Positions 8,684-18,883 of a stretch of DNA of 64,000 nucleotides are shown here, one piece after another. Position 1 is the stretch's first letter. Every line of letters begins with the position of its first letter. The stretch lies in the NCBI GenBank assembly GCA_041675205.1, contig JBAYUF010000001.1, positions 148,863 to 212,862 of the forward strand, read 5' to 3'. The notes under the pieces are model-generated. The model did not search any database and was not told where the DNA came from. It saw nothing but the letters and a program-made list of their open reading frames with translations. The position numbers and the translations under genes were made by a program. The DNA is from Patescibacteria group bacterium. GTDB lineage: Bacteria; Patescibacteriota; Patescibacteriia; GWA2-46-9.

Positions 8684-9310
8684 ATGTCTAAAAATATCAT
8701 TCGTCATATCTGGTTTGATTTTAGCGGCACGCTCGCTTTTTTGAAGCTCGAGCGGCACAACCGCTTACGCTATGAGTCATATGCAAACGTCATGGGTAAG
8801 CCTGTAACCGAGGGCTTGATGAATGACTACGAGAAGCTGTTTAAGCAATGCAATGGTAGTAACGCAAGCGTTTTTCGTTCCCTGGGCCAGTCGTCTAATT
8901 TTTGGTCAGAACAGGTAAATAAGGTAGACCCAGTTGAACTCTATGAGCTTTCGGCAAGCAATGTGCCAGCCATTCTCAAGCAAATCAAGGAACATAGGGC
9001 AATTTCTCTTTTCTCAAATATTGAGGTAGTAAATATTTTGCCCGCATTAGGTATTGACCCGTTACTGTTCACGAATATTTTAAGTGCGGGCATGGTGAAA
9101 GAACCGAAACCTGCTTTGGACGGGTTTCATAAGCTAGTGGAATTAAGTGGAGTACCGGCAAACGAAATTTTATATATTGGTGACAGCGAGGTAAAGGATA
9201 TTATGCCGGCGAAGGCAGTCGGAATGCAGACCGCTATGATGTGGCAGAAATCAGCTGCGGCGAATCATTCTTTTGAAAAATTTGAAGAGATTTTGGATTT
9301 CTTGGAGTAG
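8684..9310 (+). CDS. HAD-family hydrolase
   Basis: WFDFSGTL (DxS instead of DxD), FSN, KP, YIGDS..DI..AKAVGM. Confidence 0.85.
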   Translation: MSKNIIRHIWFDFSGTLAFLKLERHNRLRYESYANVMGKPVTEGLMNDYEKLFKQCNGSNASVFRSLGQSSNFWSEQVNKVDPVELYELSASNVPAILKQIKEHRAISLFSNIEVVNILPALGIDPLLFTNILSAGMVKEPKPALDGFHKLVELSGVPANEILYIGDSEVKDIMPAKAVGMQTAMMWQKSAAANHSFEKFEEILDFLE

Positions 9311-9475
9311 CACCAGAAAGCATTAGTGTTGCTGCGACGAAGTATAGTACCTTGACGTTTTGAAGTTTTTTCATTAAGTTACCTTGTCCTTTTGCTAGGA
9401 CAAGGTCTTTGAGAATCGATTATATTCACGTTCGCGAACAGCCACAGTTGCTGGTTCAGCAACATGGAGGGTGTC

Positions 9476-9946
9476 ATGTCTGGATTCGAATGGCTTCTCG
9501 TTCTTTTGGTGGTCAAGCTGGTTGCGGTGACTTACTTCTTGGCGTCCGAGATGCTCAAGAAGTTCGGTTTCATGCAGCAGTTCATCGCGGTGTCGAACTG
9601 CGTCGTTACCTGGGAATGGCGGGCGGATGAGCCTGTTTTTGAGCCAGCAATGTGGAAGGTGATGATTTGCCATCCGGACTGTCGGCAATTCGGCGCCCTC
9701 ATCGGGTTCAAGCTCAACATCCTCGGCTACACCGGGTTTGATTACTACGGCTATGTTCAGTCAGATGAACAGGGCAGAGCCGTTTTTTCAACTTGGCTTG
9801 GTCGAAAGCCGTGCACGTTCCAGTTCTTGGTGGGCATGGACGCGTCTGAGTTTCAGGTCGCTTCGATCTGCGAAGAAACTATCGGCGAGCCAGCTACAGC
9901 CCGGTTCCCACCCCACTGGTGGCAGCGCTTCAGTTTCTTCGCCTGA
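9476..9946 (+). CDS. Hypothetical protein with N-terminal TM helix
   Basis: TTGACG(9352)-17-TAAGTT promoter, GGAGG SD, terminator hairpin 9979-10010. Confidence 0.7.
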   Translation: MSGFEWLLVLLVVKLVAVTYFLASEMLKKFGFMQQFIAVSNCVVTWEWRADEPVFEPAMWKVMICHPDCRQFGALIGFKLNILGYTGFDYYGYVQSDEQGRAVFSTWLGRKPCTFQFLVGMDASEFQVASICEETIGEPATARFPPHWWQRFSFFA

Positions 9947-10200
9947 GACAGCGTCGAGACGAGGGCGATACAGTCGCAGAAGGCCCGGAGCTATCACGTT
10001 CCGGGCCTTCAATCGTTTTTAGGTCACAAATAAGGTGTCTTAACAAATAGCTAACGAAGGCTTACTATAAATGTACAAAGTTAGGGTGCCAAAATCTGTT
10101 ACCGTCATTGACGCGTAAGGCGCTTTCTGTAAAGAAAGTGTACTTCTTTTTTATAGATACTTATTTTGGTCGGTCGTTTTGTTTGTAATTAGCTAACACA

Positions 10201-11829
10201 ATGATAGAAATAATCAAAAAAAATTTAAAATCCGGCCTAACCGTTTCACTCATTTCTATTCCGCTCTCTGTGTCTCTGGCCGTTGCTTCAGGCGCGACAC
10301 CAATTATTGGTATCATCACTGCTATTTGGGCTGGTCTGGTGGCCGCTTTGTTTGGGGGAAGTCACTTTAATATTATTGGTCCCACGGGCGCGCTCTCTGG
10401 TGTGGTGGCGACATATGTCATTTTGCATGGGCTTGATGGGTTGCCAATGCTCACCATTCTTGCAGGTGCTTTTATTGTTGCTGCATACCTTCTCAAGTTA
10501 GAGCGATACCTCATTCTAATTCCGTCGAGCGTCATTCATGGCTTTACGTTGGGCGTTGCTTTTATCATTGGTCTTGGGCAATTAAATTTTGCTCTTGGAT
10601 TACGTGCAATTTCACAGCACGAGACTTTTTTTGCCAATATCACCGAATCGCTCCGTCATCTTGGCGACATTTCTTGGCCAACTTTCGGTGTCTTCTCGTT
10701 GTTTTTATTAGGGCTTTTACTTTTTAAAAAAATAACTCCAGCACTGCCGGGCGCTATTGTGCTGGCGCCGGTTGGCATTGTGCTGGGGTACTTAAGTCAG
10801 ACAGGCTTTGTTTCTATCCAGCTGCAAACGCTTGGTGAAAAATTTGGCGCTATCGGTTTTCATTTTTTTGAAATGCCACACCTCGCTTTTTCTTTTTTTA
10901 TGGTGCAAACGGCCGCTGTGGTTGCGCTTATTGCCATTTTGGAAACTATGCTGTCTGCCAAGATTGCCGATGGTATGACAGGAACGAAACACGACCAGCG
11001 GAAGGAAATGTTCGGTCTGGGGCTTGCTAATATCGTGTCTGGTCTTGTTGGTGGTATGCCAGCTACGGCAGCGTTAGCCAGAACTTCACTGAATATTAAA
11101 ACGGGCGCGACAAATCGAGCCTCGGCAATCATTAGTGTTGTCAGTGTTGCTATTATCTCGCTTTTATTTCTTGGGTACTTTAAGTACATTCCCTTAGCTG
11201 TCATTGCGGCAATTTTGGTGTTCGTTGCGATGCAGATGGTGGAGGCAGAGCATTATGAGAAGCTGTGGCGATACGAACGGTCTGGGTTTTATATTTCTTT
11301 TGCAGTTGCGACAGCAACAATCATTATTGACCCCATTGTAGGCATTCTTTTAGGCGCTTCAATTTCGTTACTACTGTTTGTAGATACAATTTCTCGGGGC
11401 CATTTTGATCTTTCTGTTGGTACAGCAGACGAGGGGCTAGTTGATTCAGATGCGGGGGTAACTTTGAAAGAAATTAAAGAGGACACCGGCGTTTTACTGT
11501 ATTCGTTTCGAGGAAAGTTATGCTACATCAACAGTAGCGCTCATGTGAGTCGTTTTGAACAGAATCTAAAAAAATATAAATCTGTCATTTTGCGATTACG
11601 GGAAGTTTACTTCATTGATACTGATGGGGTAGAAGCCTTGGATGAGATTATTTCAATTGTTGAGTCGAGAGGCCAGCAAGTGCTTATAGCAAGCGTTGAT
11701 CAGAGCGCGCTTTACTTACTTGAGCAATTATCGCAGGGATATCGATTGCTAAAAGCAAAAGGATTGGTTTTTAATAAAACAGAGCATGCTTTGCGTTTCT
11801 TGGGCATACCAACACATCATAAAGATTAA
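10201..11829 (+). CDS. SulP/SLC26 anion transporter with STAS domain
   Basis: IGPTGA, many TM helices, GLANIVSGLVGGMPATAALART, C-terminal FIDTDG STAS motif. Confidence 0.93.
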   Translation: MIEIIKKNLKSGLTVSLISIPLSVSLAVASGATPIIGIITAIWAGLVAALFGGSHFNIIGPTGALSGVVATYVILHGLDGLPMLTILAGAFIVAAYLLKLERYLILIPSSVIHGFTLGVAFIIGLGQLNFALGLRAISQHETFFANITESLRHLGDISWPTFGVFSLFLLGLLLFKKITPALPGAIVLAPVGIVLGYLSQTGFVSIQLQTLGEKFGAIGFHFFEMPHLAFSFFMVQTAAVVALIAILETMLSAKIADGMTGTKHDQRKEMFGLGLANIVSGLVGGMPATAALARTSLNIKTGATNRASAIISVVSVAIISLLFLGYFKYIPLAVIAAILVFVAMQMVEAEHYEKLWRYERSGFYISFAVATATIIIDPIVGILLGASISLLLFVDTISRGHFDLSVGTADEGLVDSDAGVTLKEIKEDTGVLLYSFRGKLCYINSSAHVSRFEQNLKKYKSVILRLREVYFIDTDGVEALDEIISIVESRGQQVLIASVDQSALYLLEQLSQGYRLLKAKGLVFNKTEHALRFLGIPTHHKD

Positions 11830-11884
11830 ATGAGATCGGTTATAGCGCTTGCTGTATTGGTAGCCAAACGGTATTTTGAAATAT

Positions 11885-12247
11885 ATGAACAATAGTATGG
11901 ATATATATAAAGGCCATTGTCATTGTGGCGCTGTTACGTTTACTGTCGAAGCTGATTTAGAAAAATCAATTACTTGCAATTGCTCGCGATGTGAGGCGTT
12001 GGGGTTAATCTTGACGTTTGTACCAGCGGCGCAATTCACGTTATTGTCCGGGGAAGAAAATTTAACAAAGTATCACTTCAATAAGAAAACAATCGACCAT
12101 TTGTTTTGTGCAACGTGCGGGGTTGAATCATTTGCAAGGGCTACAAATAAGGCCGGCGTCGCAACTGTTGCCATAAATATTCGCTGCCTTGATAATGTCG
12201 ACCTGTCGGCGTTAAAGCCCACAGCAGTAGACGGTAAAAATTGGTAG
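11885..12247 (+). CDS. GFA/CENP-V family Zn-binding protein
   Basis: GHCHCGAV, CNCSRC, HLFCATCG, AINIRCL. Confidence 0.92.
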   Translation: MNNSMDIYKGHCHCGAVTFTVEADLEKSITCNCSRCEALGLILTFVPAAQFTLLSGEENLTKYHFNKKTIDHLFCATCGVESFARATNKAGVATVAINIRCLDNVDLSALKPTAVDGKNW

Positions 12248-12259
12248 TCAGTTTTCTTC

Positions 12260-12299
12260 CCAACCCCTCTCTGTTAGCGTTGCTACTGAGAGGGGTTGG
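12260..12299. terminator. Bidirectional hairpin terminator
   Basis: CCAACCCCTCTC/GAGAGGGGTTGG between convergent genes. Confidence 0.65.
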
Positions 12300-12313
12300 A
12301 GTTCGGCGCTTTT

Positions 12314-12751
12314 TTATGTGATCATGGCCCTGATTTTCGCCGCCGTTATTGCGATCACAAATCGTGCCAGTTCCTTATGGTCATCGACGTCAAAGGGGAA
12401 GACTTGAATGATTCTTCCGCCGTTTACCAGGGTGACATCCAGAACGGTATAGCGACAGCGACGGTGAACTTCACGATAGATCACCGCACACAAAGCTATC
12501 CAACCGATTAACATCGCTAACGCTGCAGTGATTGCCCAGGTTTGGTAAGTCTCAAAGACAATCACTGCTCCAATCACCGCGATGGTAATCCTGTCTTCAG
12601 TGGATACCGTGGCGGAGCGGACTCCCAACCTGCCGCGTTCGATGTCTTCGGCGTAGAAGTTGACGGTGTTGCCGTCAGCAGTAATACTGGCACGTGTGTC
12701 GTTGAGCGAGATGGTCGCCCCGGCCTTGAGGGTAGAAGCGAAATTAGCCAT
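12314..12751 (-). CDS. Hypothetical membrane protein
   Basis: TTGACA-17-TAAACT promoter, AGGAGGAGG SD, two TM segments. Confidence 0.65.
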   Translation of the reverse strand: MANFASTLKAGATISLNDTRASITADGNTVNFYAEDIERGRLGVRSATVSTEDRITIAVIGAVIVFETYQTWAITAALAMLIGWIALCAVIYREVHRRCRYTVLDVTLVNGGRIIQVFPFDVDDHKELARFVIAITAAKIRAMIT

Positions 12752-12902
12752 GGCAGATACCTCCTCCTGCCTTTCAAATTTTCAAAGAGGGCCATAGTTT
12801 ATCGATGACAGAGAGGATTGTCAATTACGCATTTGTTCCATTAGTACTCTTCACGTATATTCAATTCACCATACTAAAATTCTTTTTTACATATTAGTTT
12901 CT

Positions 12903-13568
12903 ATGGATACTCGAGATGCTGCACGTGTTGATGTACTTACGAATTGTATTTGGAATTACCACTTGCTTCATCAGGAATTGCAGCCTGCCGATTGCATTAT
13001 AGTGCTCGGCAGTCACGATACGCGCGTTGCTGAATACGCTGCCAAACTTTTCCTCGATGGCTGGGCGCCGCTAATTGTTACCTCGGGTGGCTTCGGTCGT
13101 TTGACGAAAGATATTTGGAGTGTCAGCGAAGCAGAAACTTTTGCGGCTGTCATTCGTGGGTTGGGTGTGCCAAGTGACAACATTCTTATTGAAAACGATT
13201 CAACCAATACTGGTGAAAATATTTCTTTCAGCAGGGCACTCCTTCAATCGAAGGGCTTAATGCCCATGCGCGTTATCGCTGTGCAGAAACCTTATATGGA
13301 ACGACGTGCTTATGCGACGTTTCAAAAGATATGGCCAGAGGTAGAAGTTATAGTAACGTCGCCACCAATTGCATTTGCAGATTATCCGACGAAGTTTCGC
13401 TCTAAAGAAGAAATTATCAATATTGTGGTGGGGGACTTGCAGCGCATCAAAGTATACGCAAAGCGAGGATATGCAATTCCTCAGGAAATACCAGCTACTG
13501 TATGGGAGGCGTATGAAACGCTAGTGGCCATGGGGTACACAAGTCACCTTATTGCGGATGCTACTTAA
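12903..13568 (+). CDS. YdcF/DUF218 family protein
   Basis: DCIIVLGS, TSGG, SEA, IE..STNTGENI, QKPYMERR. Confidence 0.9.
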   Translation: MDTRDAARVDVLTNCIWNYHLLHQELQPADCIIVLGSHDTRVAEYAAKLFLDGWAPLIVTSGGFGRLTKDIWSVSEAETFAAVIRGLGVPSDNILIENDSTNTGENISFSRALLQSKGLMPMRVIAVQKPYMERRAYATFQKIWPEVEVIVTSPPIAFADYPTKFRSKEEIINIVVGDLQRIKVYAKRGYAIPQEIPATVWEAYETLVAMGYTSHLIADAT

Positions 13569-14925
13569 TCCAAACCGTTTTGATATTTGTAAATTCCTTT
13601 AAGCCGTAACTAGAGAGTTCTCGTCCATAACCAGATGCGTTGGTGCCACCAAATGGCAGGCGCGCATCTGATTTTACAATGCCATTTATAAATACGGCTC
13701 CAGCGTTTATTTGCGCCGCTATTTTTTCAGCTGCAGCGGTGTCTTTGGTCCAGATACTGGCACCAAGGCCAAAACGGGTGTCGTTTGCAATACGCACTGC
13801 ATCGGCGGCGTCGGTGGCTCGAATGACGCTTGCCACTGGGCCAAAGAGTTCTTCGTCATATGCCGGCATACCTGGCGTTACCCGCGTGAGTATGGTTGGC
13901 GGAAAATAGTTACCAGGTTGGTTTAAAGGTTGTCCGCCCGTTACCAGAACAGCACCCTTTGCGACAGATTCATTTACTTGCCTAGTTAGTTCTTCTACTG
14001 CGCTAGCATTCACAAGAGGGCCAAGCGTTGTTTCGCTAAGCATCGGGTCCCCAATGACAGCATTTTTGACCGCAGTGGTGAAAGCCAAAAGAAACTGTTC
14101 ATACACCGCATCCACAACGATAAAGCGTTTGGCGGCAATACAACTTTGGCCGTTGTTGAGGAGTCGTGCTTTAGCGGCCCATGTTGCCGTTTCTTCAATC
14201 GGAGCGTCGGCCAGAACAATGAAGGCGTCACTGCCGCCAAGTTCGAGCACGCTTTTTTTAACAAGTGAGCTGGCTAGTGCCGCCACCTTGGTTCCAGCTA
14301 CCTCGCTACCAGTCAGTGTGATTGCTTTTACAGCCTCGTGCTGCACTACTCGCTCGACCATTGACGCTGGTATGGGAAGGTTTTGAAAAACACCTTTCGG
14401 AAATCCGGCCTCAATGAATAGTGCTTCAATAGCCGCCGCGCATTGCTGAACGTTTGAAGCGTGTTTTAATACCCCAACGTTGCCTGCCATGACTGCTGGC
14501 GCGGCAAAACGCATAACCTGCCAGTAGGGGAAATTCCAAGGCATAACAGCCAAAACAACACCGATTGCATCAAATCGCACATAGCTTTTGTCGGCGTCGG
14601 TCACGACAAGTTCGGTTTGCAAAATTCGCTCCCCCATGTCGGCGTAGTAATCGCACACCATGGCACATTTTTTAACTTCCGCTATAGCCTCACTAATTGG
14701 CTTTCCCATTTCACGGGTTGCGAGCGTAGCAAGCTCAGCAGCGTTTGTAATGAATAAGGCACCAAGTTTTTTTAGAAGTGCGGAGCGTTCCTGCAGTGTT
14801 GTTTTTTGCCAGCTTACGAAAGCGTCATTGGCACGTTGCAGTGAGTCGCTCAGCTCAGTTTGTGTGAGCTCGACGGTTTCGTGAAATACTTCTCCAGTGG
14901 CAGGATTAGTTGAGCGGAGTGTCAT
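13561..14925 (-). CDS. NAD(P)-dependent succinate-semialdehyde/aldehyde dehydrogenase (Sad/GabD-like)
   Basis: VMPWNFP, LTGS, LELGGSD, NNGQSCIAAKR, EELFGP, PFGG...SGYGRE. Confidence 0.92.
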   Translation of the reverse strand: MTLRSTNPATGEVFHETVELTQTELSDSLQRANDAFVSWQKTTLQERSALLKKLGALFITNAAELATLATREMGKPISEAIAEVKKCAMVCDYYADMGERILQTELVVTDADKSYVRFDAIGVVLAVMPWNFPYWQVMRFAAPAVMAGNVGVLKHASNVQQCAAAIEALFIEAGFPKGVFQNLPIPASMVERVVQHEAVKAITLTGSEVAGTKVAALASSLVKKSVLELGGSDAFIVLADAPIEETATWAAKARLLNNGQSCIAAKRFIVVDAVYEQFLLAFTTAVKNAVIGDPMLSETTLGPLVNASAVEELTRQVNESVAKGAVLVTGGQPLNQPGNYFPPTILTRVTPGMPAYDEELFGPVASVIRATDAADAVRIANDTRFGLGASIWTKDTAAAEKIAAQINAGAVFINGIVKSDARLPFGGTNASGYGRELSSYGLKEFTNIKTVWIK

Positions 14926-14929
14926 AGTG

Positions 14930-16564
14930 TTAGCACGTCATTGAATAGAGTTCGTCGGTCAGCACTTTTTGATTGTGCGAATAGTCGATTGGCACCTCAA
15001 TTAAATGAACCCCGCCTGCTGCGAAAGCATTTGTAATTGCTACTTGAAGTGCTTCGGCACTTTCAACTTTGAGCCCAGTGGCACCAAAACTCGTTGCGAG
15101 AACAGGGAAGTCTGGGTTACTAAAACTGAGCCCAAAGTCTGGGAGCTGCATGCCGTGTTGTTTCCATTGAATCATCCCAAAGCCATTGTCGTTCAAAATA
15201 AGGATAACCAGGTTTAGTTTTAAGCGAACAGCTGTTTCCATTTCTTGGGCATTCATCATAAATCCACCATCGCCACATGCGGCCAACACTTTTTTTTCTG
15301 GGTTAAGGAGCGCGGCGGCAATGGCTGAAGGAAGGCCAGCGCCCATTGTGGCGAGTGCATTATCAAGCAGCAGCGTGTTTGGTGAGTACGTCGTGAAGGC
15401 ACGAGCAAACCATAATTTATACATACCGTTGTCGAGGCAGAGGATGCCGTCGTCAGGTAGCGCCTTTCGAACGTCGTGAACAATGCGCTGTGGCGCCAGT
15501 GGGAATGTGTCGATAGCAACGTCACGGGTAATATGTTCTTGAAGTTTATTTCGGGCTCGCTCGAAGCGGGTGAAATCCCACTGTGGTTGTGGCTGCAGCT
15601 TTTCTTTAATTTGCCAAATGGAATTTGCTATGTCGCCAATAACTTCGATTTGGGGAAAGTACACAGGGTCAATGGTGGCTGGGCTAAAGTTAATATGAAT
15701 AACTTTTGCGCCGTCCACAGTCATTAAGAATGGTGGCTTTTCAACAACATCGTGACCAACGTTAATGATAAGGTCGGCCGCGCTAACAGCGCAGTGCACA
15801 TGGTCGCCAGCTGATAGGGCAGCAGTGCCGATATATTTTTCGTGCCGTTCATCGACAACGCCTTTTCCGAGCTGCGTGCAAAGGAATGGAATACCAGTTG
15901 CATCAATAAATTCGCGCAACATTTTAGCGGTTAGTTTTCGGTTTGCTCCCGCTCCTATAAGCAGTAGCGGATGCTTGGCTTCGGCAATTGCCGCCACTGC
16001 ATTCTTGATTGCCTTTCCTTCGGCTATTGGTCGCCGAATAGGGTTTACTGGCAAAGGTTCTATTTGAACTGTTTCAGCTGCGATATCTTCCGGTAATTCT
16101 AAATGCACAGCCCCAGGTCGTTCCTCTTCTGCGGTTCGAAATGCTTGGCGTACTAATGCTGGAATAGTGGCACTATCAATTATTTGATGGGTGAATTTTG
16201 TAACCGGCTGCATGACAGAAACAGTATTGACCATTTGAAACGCACCCTGCTTGTTTTGCTTGACTGGTTTTTGACCAGTAATAAATAGCGCTGGCATGCC
16301 GCCAAGATTTGCGTAGGCCGCCGCGGTGATAAAGTTGGTAGCACCCGGCCCGAGGGTAGAGAGGGCTACACCTGATTTACCAGTTAGTCGGCCAATGGTT
16401 GCTGCCATGAAACCTGCAGCTTGTTCGTTTCGTGTTGGGATAAAAGTAACTTTTGCTGTACGAAGCGCTTCAAGCAAATGCAGATTTTCTTCACCAGGCA
16501 CACCAAAGACGTATTGCACGCCCTCATTCTCGAGGCACTTAATGAAGAGTTTAGCTGCGGTCAT
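14930..16564 (-). CDS. ThDP-dependent enzyme, acetolactate-synthase-large-subunit-like (possible 2-oxoacid decarboxylase)
   Basis: FGVPGEEN, TLGPGATN, GDGGFMMN..NDNGFGMI ThDP motif; AGGAGG SD. Confidence 0.9.
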   Translation of the reverse strand: MTAAKLFIKCLENEGVQYVFGVPGEENLHLLEALRTAKVTFIPTRNEQAAGFMAATIGRLTGKSGVALSTLGPGATNFITAAAYANLGGMPALFITGQKPVKQNKQGAFQMVNTVSVMQPVTKFTHQIIDSATIPALVRQAFRTAEEERPGAVHLELPEDIAAETVQIEPLPVNPIRRPIAEGKAIKNAVAAIAEAKHPLLLIGAGANRKLTAKMLREFIDATGIPFLCTQLGKGVVDERHEKYIGTAALSAGDHVHCAVSAADLIINVGHDVVEKPPFLMTVDGAKVIHINFSPATIDPVYFPQIEVIGDIANSIWQIKEKLQPQPQWDFTRFERARNKLQEHITRDVAIDTFPLAPQRIVHDVRKALPDDGILCLDNGMYKLWFARAFTTYSPNTLLLDNALATMGAGLPSAIAAALLNPEKKVLAACGDGGFMMNAQEMETAVRLKLNLVILILNDNGFGMIQWKQHGMQLPDFGLSFSNPDFPVLATSFGATGLKVESAEALQVAITNAFAAGGVHLIEVPIDYSHNQKVLTDELYSMTC

Positions 16565-16724
16565 AGGTGCCTCCTATAATACGGCTTTTTTGCCATTAGC
16601 GGCTAGTATTAAAAGGAGTGTTGCCCGAGTCAGTTACCTTGACGTTGGAGCTCATTGAGGAGTAAGTTTCGTGCGATCCGCGAGAAGCGGAAATTGAAAA
16701 CTTGACGGTTCGGAGGCAAGAACA

Positions 16725-17750
16725 ATGTTAAGTCTAGCAATGCGGGTATGGGATGACTTCCATGTCCATCTTCGATACATCAATGGGCTGCTTCCTGTGG
16801 TGCTGCCTTATACGGCAGCCTACTGCCAGAGAGGTCTGGTGATGCCGAACACCGACCCAGCCATAGCAGACCATCTCATGGCGGCACGCTATGGAAAGGC
16901 CATTCGTGACCTGGCACCCGGGTTTACGCCGCTCTTATCGTTGAAGCTGCTGCCGACGACCACGTGGGAGACCATTTCGTACGCAGCACGGGCTGGCGTT
17001 ACGGCGGTAAAGCTTTACCCTAAAGGTCCGGGTGGAACGACCGGTGCACAAGCTTCGGGGGTCGACATTAACGACCTTGAGGCCTACGACTCGGTTTTTG
17101 AGGCCATGCAGCAGTTCGATCTGGTTCTCTGCGTGCACGGTGAAGTGCCGTGGGTAGAACCGGAATTCGGCGAGCGAGCATTCTTGCCGATTATGGACTA
17201 TCTTGTCGAGCGCTATCCGCGCCTGCGGATTGTGTTCGAGCACGTCTCGAGTGAAGATGGTGTTCGTTGGGTGGAGCGGGCGCCAAAAACGGTTGCGGCA
17301 ACAGTAACGCCGCATCACCCCATTCTGACGGCTGCGGACATCCTCGACGGACCGCACCACTGCTGTAAGCCGCCGCTCAAAGGGGCGGAGCATCGCGCGG
17401 CAATTCGTGGGGCGATGTTTTCGGGTAACCCGAAGTTCTTTTTCGGGTCAGACTCGGCGCCACATCCTGACGAGGCAAAGAAGGCCATTCCACCGGCGAA
17501 TGGCCAGTTCAATGCACCGGTGGCACCTGGACTTCTCATGGAAGAATTCGTCCGCGAGTTCGGGGACGTTCGGGTAGCTATTGGACGCCTCGAGTCGTTC
17601 ACGTCCGAGTTCGGAGCCGATTTCTATAGGCTTGAACGAAATACCGGTAAGATCTGGTTGAAAAACGAGCCATGGGTGGTGCCCATGAACTATCACGGCA
17701 TCACGCCGATGTGTCCTGGTCGGACGGTTGGCTGGCAGTTGGCGGCGTAG
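16725..17750 (+). CDS. pyrC: Dihydroorotase, class II (E. coli type)
   Basis: DFHVHLR, VMPN, KLYP, HGE, FEH, GSDSAPH; terminator 17764-17799. Confidence 0.9.
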   Translation: MLSLAMRVWDDFHVHLRYINGLLPVVLPYTAAYCQRGLVMPNTDPAIADHLMAARYGKAIRDLAPGFTPLLSLKLLPTTTWETISYAARAGVTAVKLYPKGPGGTTGAQASGVDINDLEAYDSVFEAMQQFDLVLCVHGEVPWVEPEFGERAFLPIMDYLVERYPRLRIVFEHVSSEDGVRWVERAPKTVAATVTPHHPILTAADILDGPHHCCKPPLKGAEHRAAIRGAMFSGNPKFFFGSDSAPHPDEAKKAIPPANGQFNAPVAPGLLMEEFVREFGDVRVAIGRLESFTSEFGADFYRLERNTGKIWLKNEPWVVPMNYHGITPMCPGRTVGWQLAA

Positions 17751-17888
17751 GTTGCGAGGCGAATGGTCGGTGCTGCAAAAGGGGATGCAGCACCGACCAA
17801 AAGACTTGAAATTCTTTTTTAATTTTTTTGTAGTAATATAGAAGTGTACAAATTGGGCATATGCCCAATTTATTTAATAGGATTATTT

Positions 17889-18401
17889 ATGAATAAGAAA
17901 ATCTGGCTTGGTGTGGGGCTTGTTACTCTCGTGTTAGCAGGGGGTCTGGCAGTGGTAAAGCAACGGCAAATGGCATACCGAGGAGAAGATGCAGTTGCAA
18001 CAGATGACGTTCGAGTGGGTAAACCTTTCGACGACGAAAACGAACCATTTGAAGTGTCTGATGAGGATGAAGAGCAAGGTGAGGATAGCGAAAAGGAGAC
18101 AGGGGAAGGGTCTACCACGCCTGTTGACACCACTATTCCTCCAGACCAAGCATCTGCTCCGAAGGTTGCTGGCTACACTTTGACAGACGTAGCCACACAC
18201 AGCACAAAGGAAAATTGCTGGTCAGCAGTTAATGGCAACGTGTACGACCTTACCAGTTGGGTTCCGAAGCACCCGGGTGGTGATGCTGCTATAGCGCAAA
18301 TTTGTGGAAAAGATGGTTCCGCTTTATTCGCTGGTCAACATGGCGGCGCAGCAAAGCAGGCTTCAATTCTCGCAACATTTAAAATCGGCGTTCTTCAGTA
18401 A
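17889..18401 (+). CDS. Membrane-anchored cytochrome b5-like heme/steroid-binding protein
   Basis: N-terminal TM, acidic linker, H.T..NCW..VNG.VYDLT.W...HPGG..CG.D..F..QH. Confidence 0.88.
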   Translation: MNKKIWLGVGLVTLVLAGGLAVVKQRQMAYRGEDAVATDDVRVGKPFDDENEPFEVSDEDEEQGEDSEKETGEGSTTPVDTTIPPDQASAPKVAGYTLTDVATHSTKENCWSAVNGNVYDLTSWVPKHPGGDAAIAQICGKDGSALFAGQHGGAAKQASILATFKIGVLQ

Positions 18402-18480
18402 GTAACGGCGTAGTTATAAAACCATCCCGCCGTGTGTCGGGGTGGTTTTATTTTCTGAGTGGCAGCGGTAGAATCTATGT

Positions 18481-18873
18481 ATGGATACAAAGCCAACAAC
18501 GAACGCAACCGGCTTACCTTCGCGTGAACAAACGGAAGCAGCCGCCAAACGAGCTGCGGCCATGCCGCCAAAGCCCATAGCACCACCAGTTATTCTTCCT
18601 GTCGTTGTACCTGTTCCAGCAACACCGAAACCTACACTACTCAAGCGACTCATCACCATTGTTCAGTTTCGGAAACAGCAGCGGAAAGAGCGAATGGTAC
18701 TATTGGCAGAAGAATTAAAATCGATAACAACCGAAGACGTTCGCCGACGTATTCGTATTACTAAAGTGACTGCTCGAAAATATCTTGAAGAGCTGGTACG
18801 AGAAGGTCGCCTAACGCGTCAAGGGAAGAAAGGTTCGTATACGTATTATTCCGTGACGGTAGGGAATAGTTGA
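18481..18873 (+). CDS. Winged-helix domain protein with Pro-rich N-terminus
   Basis: ITTEDVRRRIRITKVTARKYLEELVREGRLTRQG; TAGAAT 6 nt before ATG. Confidence 0.65.
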   Translation: MDTKPTTNATGLPSREQTEAAAKRAAAMPPKPIAPPVILPVVVPVPATPKPTLLKRLITIVQFRKQQRKERMVLLAEELKSITTEDVRRRIRITKVTARKYLEELVREGRLTRQGKKGSYTYYSVTVGNS

Positions 18874-18883
18874 GGTGATTTGA

